Source: a bacterium
Lineage (GTDB): Bacteria; Zixibacteria; MSB-5A5; GN15; FEB-12
Assembly (NCBI GenBank): GCA_030605565.1
Contig: JAUWIB010000089.1
Coordinates: forward strand, 76,197-140,196
Length of the DNA stretch: 64,000 bases
Direction of reading: 5' to 3'
Shown piece after piece: positions 1-9,758 of the stretch (position 1 is its first letter; every line of letters begins with the position of its first letter). The notes under the pieces were generated by a model that did no database searches, was not told the DNA's origin, and was given only the letters and a program-made list of their open reading frames with translations. Position numbers and translations under genes: made by a program.

Positions 1-2529
1 ATTCACGAACTCGCAGACCTTCCCGGAGTGAAGTTAGTAGTAGAGAATCTTGCCCTGGAGTATGTTGTCCCCGTAAATGAAACTCCGGCGCCGTCCCTGG
101 TCGCTTCTGTGTCCAGCGAACTGGCCTTGTTGAAGGTCCCCTACTTGTGGCAACGGGGATTGAAAGGTTCCGGGCGGTTGGTTTGTTCGTTCGATACCGG
201 TGTCGAGAGCGATCACCCGGCCCTGACAACCAAATGGCGTGGTAACCATGCGCCGTTGTCATCGGTATGGTTTTCCAGGGTGGCCCCCGACGAGTTGCCA
301 TACGATGCCGCCGGGCACGGCACCCACACGATGGGGCTGATGGTCGGTGCTGTCGAAGCCGACAGTTTCGGAGTCGCTCCCGAGGCGGAGTGGATTACGG
401 CTGGTGTCATCGACCAGGGCAGGCCGCTTCAAACCACCCTGTCCGATATTATTGAGGCCTTTCAGTGGGCGCTCAATCCCGATGGCGACACCGCCACCAC
501 CGATGACGTACCTGATGTAATTCTGAATAGCTGGGGGTTGCCCAAGGGACTCTTCAACCCCTGCGATGAAACCTTCACCGGCGTAATCGATGTCGTTGAG
601 GCAGCCGGGATCGTCACGATCTTTGCCGCCGGCAATGAAGGACCGGACCCGATGTCGCTGCGCAGCCCGGCTGACCAGGCGACAACGCCCATAAACGCAC
701 TGGCGGTCGGAGCCGTTGATATTAACAAACAGGTTGCGAATTTCTCCAGTCGCGGGCCGTCATCGTGTGATCAAAGTGAGATTAAACCGGAAGTTATGGC
801 TCCCGGAGTCAGCGTTCGGTCGTCACAGAGAGACGGCGGATACTCGTACATGAGCGGCACCTCGATGGCTGCTCCGTACGTCGCCGGGCTGGTGGCTCTG
901 ATGCGTCAGTATAACCCGGACGCGACGGTCGAACAAATCAAGTACGCTCTGCTGCAAGCCACCGAGGATCTTGGGCCGGTCGGTGAGGACAACACGTACG
1001 GCCACGGGCTGGTCGATGCCTCCCGGTTGCTGAGTTATCTGCCGCTGCCGGCAGCCACCGATTTCCAAATAGCCGGTACTCAGATCACCGACGATGGATT
1101 GGCCTGGCCAGGGGAGACCTTTGGCCTGCAAGTGATATTGAATAATCCGGCCGGCAACGTGGTCGATGTGGTTGCCGAACTCGAGAACGATGATGTCGGC
1201 GTCACTATCAATACGGCTGAGGCAGCCTTCTTTTTCGGCAATGGCGGCGCCACGGCCATCAACGCCATCCCCTATGAAATCAGTTTCGATCCCAGTCTGT
1301 TCCACGGACAAAACATCAGTTTCCGCCTCCGCCTCCGACTCCCGGAGGGCGGGGTTTTCGACAGCTTAGCTCTGGTGGTCACCGTCGGTGTTGCTCCTCT
1401 CGGTCTCATTGCTGAGCACAATAGCTCGCGGATCAGTTTCTCAGTCTCCGATTTCGCTCAATTCGGATTCGGGACATCCTCCATCTACGCCGCCGGTGGA
1501 CAGGGGTTTCGGATCGATGACTCCGACAACCTGCTCTATGAGGCCGGCATAATAGTAGGTCGAAACAGCCTGCAGCTATCCAGTTCGATCCGGGATGCCC
1601 AGGGGAATTTCCGTTCCTCCGATTACGAGCCGACCCTGAGCCTCAGTACGCCCATCGTCGACGGTGATGGTAGTACGCGTCGAGTGGCAGGGTATGTCGA
1701 CAGCCGCTCGGAGATACCTATCCCCATCGAACTGACGCAGGAGACAATCAGCTACACCGACGACGGCGGCATCCTGATTGTCAAATTCCAGATGCGCAAC
1801 ATTACGCCGGGGTGGTTGACCGGTCTGCATTTCGGTTTCCTGATGGATTTCGATTTCAACCCGGCCGGCGACGGCGTTATCTACGATGAAGCGGCGTCGA
1901 TGCTCTACCAGACCGGCGGCGAGGGACCTATGGTCGGACTGGTGTCGCTGAAGAACCTGAATTCGTTTGCGGCTATCGATAACGGTGCGGCCAAGAAAGG
2001 ATTCTCCCGCGCAGAAAAATACGAACTGATCGCCAACACCGGAATCCATGTCGATCCCGCCCTGACCGGGGATCTGATGATGCTTATCAGTTCGGGATCA
2101 TTCGCGATAGAGGCCTGGGATTCCAGTGAAGTGGCTTTCGCTATCGTCGTTGGTGATGATGAGATCGAGTTGTACGAAAATGCTCAGCGCGCCCGTGAGC
2201 GCTTTGATTTGGCAACATCGGTCGATGACGACCAGCTTGCCACCTTGCCCGGGACGGCCCAACTACATCAGAATTACCCAAACCCATTCAACCCGACCAC
2301 CACGATTTCATTCAGTCTTTCCAGAACTACGGACGTCTCTTTGACAGTGTATAACGCTCTCGGTCAAAAGGTCAAACAACTCGCCGGCGCTCGACTGCCG
2401 GCCGGCACTCACGCCTGTGAATGGGACGGCAGCAGCGATCGCGGCGGCAGTGTGGCCAGCGGCGTATACTTCTATCGGCTGCAAGCCGGAGAAACATCGC
2501 ATTCGAGGAAAATGCTGCTTTTGAAATAG
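1..2529 (+). CDS. Subtilisin-like (S8) serine peptidase with T9SS-type C-terminal sorting domain; 5' end probably outside the window
   Basis: The catalytic triad motifs SFDTGV (Asp), HGTHTMG (His) and GTSMAAPYVAG (Ser) are present. The C-terminus LHQNYPNPFNPTTTISF...GVYFYRL is typical of T9SS/Por-type CTDs. The frame is open from base 1, with no stop before the GTG at 28. Confidence 0.85.
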   Translation: MHELADLPGVKLVVENLALEYVVPVNETPAPSLVASVSSELALLKVPYLWQRGLKGSGRLVCSFDTGVESDHPALTTKWRGNHAPLSSVWFSRVAPDELPYDAAGHGTHTMGLMVGAVEADSFGVAPEAEWITAGVIDQGRPLQTTLSDIIEAFQWALNPDGDTATTDDVPDVILNSWGLPKGLFNPCDETFTGVIDVVEAAGIVTIFAAGNEGPDPMSLRSPADQATTPINALAVGAVDINKQVANFSSRGPSSCDQSEIKPEVMAPGVSVRSSQRDGGYSYMSGTSMAAPYVAGLVALMRQYNPDATVEQIKYALLQATEDLGPVGEDNTYGHGLVDASRLLSYLPLPAATDFQIAGTQITDDGLAWPGETFGLQVILNNPAGNVVDVVAELENDDVGVTINTAEAAFFFGNGGATAINAIPYEISFDPSLFHGQNISFRLRLRLPEGGVFDSLALVVTVGVAPLGLIAEHNSSRISFSVSDFAQFGFGTSSIYAAGGQGFRIDDSDNLLYEAGIIVGRNSLQLSSSIRDAQGNFRSSDYEPTLSLSTPIVDGDGSTRRVAGYVDSRSEIPIPIELTQETISYTDDGGILIVKFQMRNITPGWLTGLHFGFLMDFDFNPAGDGVIYDEAASMLYQTGGEGPMVGLVSLKNLNSFAAIDNGAAKKGFSRAEKYELIANTGIHVDPALTGDLMMLISSGSFAIEAWDSSEVAFAIVVGDDEIELYENAQRARERFDLATSVDDDQLATLPGTAQLHQNYPNPFNPTTTISFSLSRTTDVSLTVYNALGQKVKQLAGARLPAGTHACEWDGSSDRGGSVASGVYFYRLQAGETSHSRKMLLLK

Positions 2530-2583
2530 ATCGCTTCACATTATAATTGTTCAAATGGAAAGTTGATCCAGGTGTTTAAGAAT

Positions 2584-5373
2584 ATGAAAGACTTGCAAAG
2601 GTTGTTGACGATGGAAAAATCAAAACTCGGAATATCGCTGACCGTTCTGCTGATTGGCTTCGTGGTCCTAACCTCGCAGGTATCCGCCGTGGCGCCCCAT
2701 CCCGATCTGGTTGAAAAATGGAAGGCCGAGGGAGTGCTCGAAGAAAAGCTGGCGCCCCTTCGTGCTTTCAAAGCGGCCGGCGGCAACAGCCCCGAGCTAC
2801 ACACTCCTATCAGCAAGGACCGATTCGGCAAGGCGCTGGCTCTGGGTGATGAATGGATCGATACGGCCTATACCATTGTCATCCTGGTTCAGTTTACGGA
2901 CAATCAGATGGACAGCGGCTCGGTGGCTACGCAGACGTATCAGTTCGACTCGGTTCTGTTCTCGGACGATTACCACAACCCCACCGGCTCCATGACCGAC
3001 TTCTACCTGGAGAATTCCTACGGTAATTTCATTGTCACTGGGGACATCTTCGGTCCGTACACAATGCCGTGGACCTACCAGTGGTATGTGAACGATGACT
3101 ACGGCACGTCACGGGGAAGGCTGTTGGCGGCGGACGCTGTTATGGCAGTGGCAGACTCCGTACCAAACTGGCGTAAATACGACGCCAACGGTGACGGCTA
3201 TTGCGATGGCCTGATAATCATCCACGCCGGTCCGGGAGCGGAAGAGGGCGGAATAGCAGATAGGATCTGGTCGCATAAGGGGAACATCAGCCCCATGATT
3301 ACGCATGATGGTGTCAAGATCTCGGCCTACACTATGAATCCCGAGGAGTTTGGGGGGGATACTTCCCCTATCGGAGTGTTCTGTCATGAGTTCGGCCATG
3401 TTATGGGTCTGCCCGACCTTTACGATATCTATTACGCCGTCGGTTCAAACGGTCTCGGTGACTGGTCTATAATGGCCTCCGGCAGTTACAACGGCAATGC
3501 TCGAACACCCTCACACTTCACGGCGTGGAGCAAGGCGGAGATGGAGTTCCTTACGTATCAGGAGATCGATGAGAATGTCAGAAACGCTGAGTTTCCATGT
3601 TCGGAGCTCAATCCGGTCGCCTATCGCCTCCAAAATGACCATTCGAGTTGCTATGAGTTTTGGGTGGTCGAGAATCGGCAGCAGGTTGGATTCGATGTCG
3701 GTTTGCCTTCATCGGGACTATGCATTTATCATGTGGACAGACATGCGCCGGGACCAAGCAACTGTGATCCCAACTGGTACCACGTGGCTCTTGAGCAGGC
3801 GGATGGTAAGAACGATTTGGCTTTTGGCGGCAGCTACGGGGACGCTGGCGATGTTTGGCCCGGTTCCACCGGCGCTCGTGAGTTCCACGACCTGACCGTT
3901 CCAAACACGCACACTAATATCCCCGGACCTTTTAACAATGATGCTACCACTCGCATCGGCATTTGGAATATCTCCGACTCCGACTCCATTATGACCGCCG
4001 ACCTCGACGAAGACTGGTCGCGGCCATGGCCGCTTCTGGCCGACCATGACTCCATCATCTTCGACGATTCTCCGCCGGGTGGGGATGGTGACGGCATACT
4101 CGAACCGGGAGAGACGATCAAACTCTACTGTACCATGAAGAACGTGATGCGGACTTCCTTCAATGCCACTGTCAGCTTCTCGGGTGACAACCCCGCCGTG
4201 ACTTTCATCACCAACCAGGTGTTGTTGGCTTCGGTATTTGACGAAACTGAGCAGAGCAATCTGACTGCGATCGAGTTCACCCTGGCGTCCAGCTTCGTGC
4301 CGGCTATCGATTCACTCTATCTGACCGTCACCTGTGATTCCATACCTTCCATACCGTACGATAGCGTACTGTCACGAACCTTTGGTCTTGAGCTCAGACT
4401 GGGACCGCCGCAGGTCTTGATTGTCGATGACGATCGTGGCATGGACTACGAACAGGTCTATATCGATGCGATGCACGCTGAAAGGATCCCGTATGCGGTT
4501 TGGCACAAACAGACCGAAAGCTCTCCAACCGGCGACGAACTGAAGAAGTACCGCATGGTTTTCTGGCACACCGGTGAGTTGGCCGAGGACGTCTTCACTG
4601 CCGCTGATGTAGCTGCGATGAAGGAGTACCTTGATGCCGGCGGTAACCTGTTGCTGTCGTCGAACTCGGGCGCCAAGTCGCTCAACGATCTGGACGTCGG
4701 TTTTATGAACGACTACCTCGGCGCCAACTTGGCCGGGGATACGTTGTGGTACGTATTCCAAGGTGTCGCAGGCAGTCAATTGGGGGATGGGACCAGGTAT
4801 CGCTATGGTACAGTCCCGCCCGATGTCCATATTGACTATGTGAACCTCGTAGGTTCCGGCCAAAGTGCGTTCAAGATCGGGAACAGTACCAAGATATGCG
4901 GCGTGACGAAGCAAGAGGCGACTTACAACTCCATCTTCCTTACCTTCCCCATTGAGTACCTGTCCGATGCGTTCACTTCCAATGGATACAACACCAAGCA
5001 GGAGTTGTTCTCGCGGGTGCTGGATGTGTTCGGCGGCATTCCGCTGGACGTTGACGATGGTCGTCCGCACGCAGCGTTGCCGATGAACTTCGATTTGCAC
5101 CAGAACTATCCCAATCCGTTCAATCCGTCAACTACCATCTCGTATACCTTACGCCCAACCTCCAACGAACTGCCGCGAACAACTTTGTCGATTTTCAATC
5201 TGCTTGGTCAGCAAGTTGTAACGCTGGTGGATAAAGTCCAACTTCCCGGTACCTACAATGTCCAGTGGGATGGCCGGAGCCACTCGGGACAGCCGGTTGC
5301 AACCGGAATCTACTTCTATAAACTCAGCCGGGGTGAGGACTCCCAATCCAGGAAGATGATTCTGTTGAAATAG
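2584..5373 (+). CDS. M6 (immune inhibitor A-like) zinc metallopeptidase with T9SS-type C-terminal sorting domain
   Basis: The zinc motif HEFGHVMGLPDLYD is present. There is an N-terminal signal-like segment (LTVLLIGFVVLTSQVSAVA). The C-terminus LHQNYPNPFNPSTTISY...GIYFYKL matches the CTD type. The start is ambiguous: TTG 2563, ATG 2584 or ATG 2611. Confidence 0.8.
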   Translation: MKDLQRLLTMEKSKLGISLTVLLIGFVVLTSQVSAVAPHPDLVEKWKAEGVLEEKLAPLRAFKAAGGNSPELHTPISKDRFGKALALGDEWIDTAYTIVILVQFTDNQMDSGSVATQTYQFDSVLFSDDYHNPTGSMTDFYLENSYGNFIVTGDIFGPYTMPWTYQWYVNDDYGTSRGRLLAADAVMAVADSVPNWRKYDANGDGYCDGLIIIHAGPGAEEGGIADRIWSHKGNISPMITHDGVKISAYTMNPEEFGGDTSPIGVFCHEFGHVMGLPDLYDIYYAVGSNGLGDWSIMASGSYNGNARTPSHFTAWSKAEMEFLTYQEIDENVRNAEFPCSELNPVAYRLQNDHSSCYEFWVVENRQQVGFDVGLPSSGLCIYHVDRHAPGPSNCDPNWYHVALEQADGKNDLAFGGSYGDAGDVWPGSTGAREFHDLTVPNTHTNIPGPFNNDATTRIGIWNISDSDSIMTADLDEDWSRPWPLLADHDSIIFDDSPPGGDGDGILEPGETIKLYCTMKNVMRTSFNATVSFSGDNPAVTFITNQVLLASVFDETEQSNLTAIEFTLASSFVPAIDSLYLTVTCDSIPSIPYDSVLSRTFGLELRLGPPQVLIVDDDRGMDYEQVYIDAMHAERIPYAVWHKQTESSPTGDELKKYRMVFWHTGELAEDVFTAADVAAMKEYLDAGGNLLLSSNSGAKSLNDLDVGFMNDYLGANLAGDTLWYVFQGVAGSQLGDGTRYRYGTVPPDVHIDYVNLVGSGQSAFKIGNSTKICGVTKQEATYNSIFLTFPIEYLSDAFTSNGYNTKQELFSRVLDVFGGIPLDVDDGRPHAALPMNFDLHQNYPNPFNPSTTISYTLRPTSNELPRTTLSIFNLLGQQVVTLVDKVQLPGTYNVQWDGRSHSGQPVATGIYFYKLSRGEDSQSRKMILLK

Positions 5374-5399
5374 CCACTTCGCCACAAATCAATCCTTGA

Positions 5400-5430
5400 T
5401 AGCCGCCGACTCTCGGCGGCTATTTCATTG
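5400..5430 (+). terminator. Hairpin terminator candidate after the M6 peptidase gene
   Basis: tagccgccga-ctc-tcggcggcta forms a 10-bp perfect stem, followed by tttcatt. It lies 27 nt after the stop codon. Confidence 0.5.
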
Positions 5431-5485
5431 TGGTACAGCGAATTAAGACAGTAAAAAGAAATATCGACTTTATTTCGGGAATAGC

Positions 5486-5538
5486 TTGACTTTTTGAGCC
5501 AAACTGCCGTTAATTGAAAATGAAAGTCGTTTTCAATT
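5486..5538 (+). promoter_or_regulatory. Sigma70-like promoter (TTGACT-N17-GTTAAT) overlapped by a 9-bp perfect inverted repeat; candidate Fur-family operator
   Basis: TTGACT lies at 5486-5491 and GTTAAT at 5509-5514. The repeat AATTGAAAA (5512-5520) / TTTTCAATT (5530-5538) is AT-rich and separated by 9 nt. It sits directly upstream of the fur-family gene. Confidence 0.4.
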
Positions 5539-5552
5539 GGCGACCGGAAGTA

Positions 5553-6014
5553 ATGATGAAAGAACTGCTCAGAACCAAAGGCTTCAAAAGCACCCCGCAG
5601 CGGGAGTTGATTTTCGACTGCTTCTTCTCGCTGGGTAAACATGTTTCGGTTGATGAGTTGTACCAGAAAGTGCGTGAACTGGACCCGTCAGTCGGCCATA
5701 GCACGGTGTGGCGCAACCTGAAATTGATTTGTCAACTGGGTCTGGCTGAGGAAGTCAATATCGGTGACGGTATAACTCGATACGATCGCACTACGCCGAA
5801 GCCGCATGGTCACTTTTTCTGCCGAAACTGCAAGAAGCTTCTGGAGTTTGATGTGGGTAGTGTGATGGGCGCCCTGGTAGAGGCGGCTCACGAGTTCGAG
5901 TTTGAACCTGACGGCTACAAAATCGAGGTTCAAGGCTACTGTTCGGATTGCCGTCAGGATGATCGCACGAATGACGTCGCTACCCGCTCTGCCAATGACG
6001 AGCGCAAAGCATAG
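5553..6014 (+). CDS. fur: Fur-family metalloregulator
   Basis: A winged-helix region (STPQRELIFDCFF...HVSVDELY...SVGHSTVWRNLK) and metal-site motifs (HGHFFCRNCKKLLEF and GYCSDC) are present. The gene lies next to feoAB. I moved the start to ATG 5553 because the ORF-track ATG at 5514 lies inside the operator-like palindrome. Confidence 0.85.
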   Translation: MMKELLRTKGFKSTPQRELIFDCFFSLGKHVSVDELYQKVRELDPSVGHSTVWRNLKLICQLGLAEEVNIGDGITRYDRTTPKPHGHFFCRNCKKLLEFDVGSVMGALVEAAHEFEFEPDGYKIEVQGYCSDCRQDDRTNDVATRSANDERKA

Positions 6015-6046
6015 AATAATGATGAGGAATTACGAGGTGACCTGGT

Positions 6047-6277
6047 ATGACCTATCTTGACCGAATGCAACCTGGCCAGAGAGGAAAGGTGGTCGGATTT
6101 GTTGATGACAGTCCGGTAGCGCGAAGGCTGGTGGAGTTGGGTGTAGTACCGGGAGAGCTTTTGGAATACCTTCGGAACGCACCGTTGCGCGATCCTCTGG
6201 AAATAAGAGTCGGCGCCAGTTTCTTGTCGTTGCGTCGCGCTGAGGCGTCGCTGGTCGCGATCGAAGTGGACGAATAA
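6047..6277 (+). CDS. feoA: Ferrous iron transport protein A (FeoA)
   Basis: A 76-aa SH3-like FeoA pattern (GQRGKVVGF...RRLVELGVVPGELLEY) lies directly upstream of feoB. Confidence 0.85.
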   Translation: MTYLDRMQPGQRGKVVGFVDDSPVARRLVELGVVPGELLEYLRNAPLRDPLEIRVGASFLSLRRAEASLVAIEVDE

Positions 6278-6293
6278 ATCGGTTCCGACATCG

Positions 6294-8729
6294 ATGCGGT
6301 ATCCCGCTAAAAGTAGTTCAAAATCACGTGTTGGAATGATCGCCATCTGCGGCAATCCCAACAGCGGCAAGACAACGATATTTAATGCCATAACGGGGCT
6401 GAACCAAAAGGTCGGCAATTATCCGGGCGTCACGGTTGAGAAGGTGTCGGGTCGGTTTTCGCTGGGCAGGCAGGACCTTCGCCGGTTTGATCTGGTCGAT
6501 GTGCCGGGGACGTACTCGCTGGCCGCGTTTTCACCCGATGAGTATATCGCCGCTTCGATGCTCTATGGCGGCGTGAGGGGCGGTGAGAATCCCGATGTTC
6601 TGATCTGTGTAATAGACGCCACCAATCTCCGTCGGGGGTTGTATCTTCTTTTGCAGGTGTTACAGATCGGACGACCGGTAGTGGTAGCGCTCAATATGAT
6701 TGACCTGGCCGAGAGACACGGTATCAAGATCGATGTCCCGGCACTCTCCGAAGCTCTCGGCGGATTACCTGTCGTGCCGGTCGTCGGCAACAGAGGACGG
6801 GGAATCGATGAGTTGAAGCGTGAGGCGATCCGGTTGACCGAGAGCCCGATCCATCCCGAGCCACGCCGGTACGATGATGCTACCGAGGGACTGATCGAGC
6901 GTCTGGCTCAATTCCTCAGCGACGGTTACCGCACGCGTGCTGAATACCTTCGGGTCATCTACGATTCAGACGGTCCCGCCGAGCAGCAGTACCTGGATGA
7001 CGCTGCCGGACAAGGTCGCGCCGATGATGCTCGGCGAATCCTCGGCGAGGGTCGGGCGGCTATCAAAGAGCGATTCGGTTCGCTGCCTCTGGCTGAAACC
7101 AGACACCTTACAGATCGTGCCTCTGAGATCTTTGGCGGCGTTGTTGGAGGGGAGTCGGGCGACCGTAAGAGTCTGTCCGAGCGCGTCGACCGGTGGCTCC
7201 TGCATCCGGTGCTGGGTCCGCTCATTCTGGTCGTGACAATGACGTTCGTGTTCCAGTCGATTTTCAATTGGGCCGAGCCGTTCATGGGGTTGATCGATTC
7301 CACTTTCGGCTCGCTGGCTGTCTATATCAAAAGCACATTGCCAGATGGCCCACTACGATCCTTGTTGGCTGATGGTGTGGTTGGTGGCGTCGGGTCGGTG
7401 TTGATATTTCTGCCTCAGATAATCATTCTGTTTCTGTTTATTGCTCTGCTGGAGGATTCCGGTTACATGTCGCGGGCAGCCTTTCTGGTTGATCGCATGT
7501 TTCGCTGGTGCGGTCTGTCGGGGAAGAGTTTCATCCCGATGTTGTCGTCGTTCGCCTGTGCCGTGCCGGGGATCATGGCTACGCGCACGATAGAAGATCG
7601 AAAGCTCCGACTGATCACGATTATGGTGGCGCCGTTGATGACCTGTTCGGCCCGCCTGCCGGTGTACGCTATCATGATTGCCGCTTTTGTTCCCAGCGTA
7701 ACTTATTTCGGTCTCTTCAACTTGCAGGGGCTGGTCCTGACTATGTTATACCTGCTTGGTCTCATAGTCGCGGTCATTGTGTCCTTTGTGCTCCAGAAGA
7801 CGCTGTTGAAAACCCAGCGTGGGACGTTCATGATGGAGATGCCGTCGTACAAGGTGCCTACCCTCAGTTCGGTAGTTATCCGGGTCTTTCACCGGGCCAG
7901 GTTGTTTACAATCCGGGCAGGCACGGTGATTTTCGCGATTACGATTATTGTCTGGGCGCTCAGCTACTATCCACATTCAAGCGAGGTCGGCGACGATTAC
8001 GCTCAGCGAGTAACCGGTCTGAACGATGCGTACATGGCGGCGCTGGCCGACGGCGAAGGCAGACTGGCCGCGTCGGTTTCCGGTTACGACGCCGGTCAGC
8101 ATTTGGCTGTGTCTGAGTACCAGACGGCCCTCGGTAAGATATCCACAGTAGCTGCTCTGGACCGGTTCTCTCAGAACGAGACGAACCGGTCGAACATAGA
8201 TGCATCGACCATTCAGTTAATGCACGATCTGCGTCGGCTGAATCTGCAGCATGGGCAATCACTGGCTGAGTTGGACGACGATCTGGCCGGCACTTACATG
8301 CGCGATTCTTACCTGGCGAGTATGGGACGTACCGTCGAGCCGTTATTCACGCCGCTGGGTTGGGATTGGCGCATCTCAATGGCCGTGCTGGCCTCGTTCC
8401 CGGCGCGTGAGGTAATTATCGCTACCTTGGGAACTATCTACAATCTTGGCTCCGACCTTGATGAGGAATCGTCCACCCTGATCGACAAGATGCGGCGAGC
8501 GGTGTGGGAGTCGGGACCGAAAACGGGTCAACCGGTCTTTAGCGTGGCCGTGGCCATGTCAATCATGGTCTTCTTTGCTCTGTGTTGTCAGTGTGGGGCT
8601 ACTTTGGTGACTATCCGACAAGAGGCCGGGCGCTGGTTCTATGCGGCCTTCGTATTTGTATACATGACGACGATAGCCTACCTGTCCTCGTTGGCAGTCT
8701 ATCAACTGTTCAGTCGTGTGGGGTCTTGA
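6294..8729 (+). CDS. feoB: Ferrous iron transporter FeoB
   Basis: An N-terminal G-domain (IAICGNPNSGKTTIFNAITG, QKVGNYPGVTVEK, DVPGTYSL) is followed by a polytopic membrane domain. Confidence 0.95.
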   Translation: MRYPAKSSSKSRVGMIAICGNPNSGKTTIFNAITGLNQKVGNYPGVTVEKVSGRFSLGRQDLRRFDLVDVPGTYSLAAFSPDEYIAASMLYGGVRGGENPDVLICVIDATNLRRGLYLLLQVLQIGRPVVVALNMIDLAERHGIKIDVPALSEALGGLPVVPVVGNRGRGIDELKREAIRLTESPIHPEPRRYDDATEGLIERLAQFLSDGYRTRAEYLRVIYDSDGPAEQQYLDDAAGQGRADDARRILGEGRAAIKERFGSLPLAETRHLTDRASEIFGGVVGGESGDRKSLSERVDRWLLHPVLGPLILVVTMTFVFQSIFNWAEPFMGLIDSTFGSLAVYIKSTLPDGPLRSLLADGVVGGVGSVLIFLPQIIILFLFIALLEDSGYMSRAAFLVDRMFRWCGLSGKSFIPMLSSFACAVPGIMATRTIEDRKLRLITIMVAPLMTCSARLPVYAIMIAAFVPSVTYFGLFNLQGLVLTMLYLLGLIVAVIVSFVLQKTLLKTQRGTFMMEMPSYKVPTLSSVVIRVFHRARLFTIRAGTVIFAITIIVWALSYYPHSSEVGDDYAQRVTGLNDAYMAALADGEGRLAASVSGYDAGQHLAVSEYQTALGKISTVAALDRFSQNETNRSNIDASTIQLMHDLRRLNLQHGQSLAELDDDLAGTYMRDSYLASMGRTVEPLFTPLGWDWRISMAVLASFPAREVIIATLGTIYNLGSDLDEESSTLIDKMRRAVWESGPKTGQPVFSVAVAMSIMVFFALCCQCGATLVTIRQEAGRWFYAAFVFVYMTTIAYLSSLAVYQLFSRVGS

Positions 8730-8893
8730 TGAGTATATTGTGGCAGCAGATAATCATCGGTCTGATGCTTGGCGCCGCCGTCGGGTACCTGATTTGGCGG
8801 GCTGTTCGCCGTCGGCGTCGTGAGGCCAAGTGTGCCGGTTGTCAATTGCGACAGAACACTTTTCTTGATCGGCCCGATACTAAACGTCTCTAA
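8729..8893 (+). CDS. FeoB-associated Cys-rich small membrane protein
   Basis: The 54-aa protein MSILWQQIIIGLMLGAAVGYLIWRAV-RRRRREAKCAGCQL has one TM helix plus a CxxC motif. Its ATG shares one base with the feoB TGA (ttgATGag). Confidence 0.6.
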   Translation: MSILWQQIIIGLMLGAAVGYLIWRAVRRRRREAKCAGCQLRQNTFLDRPDTKRL

Positions 8894-8953
8894 GCTGTTT
8901 GACTCGGTGCCGACGCGCGGTTATATTTCCTTCCAGACGAGATTTGCTGAACT

Positions 8954-9757
8954 ATGTTTATAAACGCACCGGTACTCCTGGGGCAGTATCGCCCCTTAGA
9001 CTCTTATCTGCATCGGCTGGATGCCCGATCCAAGCTGATGCCGATCATGTTGGTTCTTACGCTGGCGCTGCTCACCGATTCCATTCTGTTCTATGCCGTG
9101 ATAATGACGACCCTGCTTGCGGCGCTGCTGGCAAGCGGGATCGCACTGCGCAGCCTCGTCCGCAACTTCAGACCGATACTGGTGTTGGTGTTCATTACGA
9201 TGGCCTACCATCTGGTATTCTCCGGACGGGATTCGGTGGTACTGGTGGATCTTTTGGGGTGGGAGATTACCGCCGAAGCAATCCATCTGGCTGCCTTCTA
9301 CTCGATGCGATTGGTGCTGTTTGTGTCAATAGCGTTTTTGATGACTCTCACCAACTCACCGTCGGAGTTGGCCGAAGCGTTCAGCTCACTCCTGCGGCCG
9401 CTGGCAAAGCTTCGTTTGCCGGTGTCCGAGCTATCGATGATCCTGTTCATTGCGATTCGCTTCATCCCAATTCTGTACGAGGAATTCACCGCCGTGAAAC
9501 GAGCGCAGATAATTCGCGGGGTCGACTTCGCCGGTTCGCTGTTCAGCCGCATGAAAAAAACCACCTTCATCATCATTCCAGTGTTCGTGGCCGCGATTCA
9601 GCGGGCCGACGAAATCGCACAGGCTATGCAAGCCCGCGGATATCGCAGTGACCGTACCCGAACTTGCTACCTGAGGTCGCACTTCGGTTACCGGGAATGG
9701 TTGTTCAGCCTTGGCGCCGGACTGTTTGTGATCATGATTTTCGGGGTGACCAGATAA
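8954..9757 (+). CDS. ecfT: Energy-coupling factor transporter transmembrane subunit EcfT (CbiQ family)
   Basis: The protein is polytopic with the C-terminal EcfT signature ...RADEIAQAMQARGY. It shows the classic ecfT-truA adjacency. Confidence 0.8.
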   Translation: MFINAPVLLGQYRPLDSYLHRLDARSKLMPIMLVLTLALLTDSILFYAVIMTTLLAALLASGIALRSLVRNFRPILVLVFITMAYHLVFSGRDSVVLVDLLGWEITAEAIHLAAFYSMRLVLFVSIAFLMTLTNSPSELAEAFSSLLRPLAKLRLPVSELSMILFIAIRFIPILYEEFTAVKRAQIIRGVDFAGSLFSRMKKTTFIIIPVFVAAIQRADEIAQAMQARGYRSDRTRTCYLRSHFGYREWLFSLGAGLFVIMIFGVTR

Positions 9758-9758
9758 G

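Noticed and set aside
8899-9651. A 250-aa same-strand ORF overlapping ecfT in another frame.
   Set aside because: The ecfT frame gives a coherent polytopic protein with the EcfT C-terminal motif. The alternative frame is Arg/Gly/Ser-rich with no hydrophobic periodicity.
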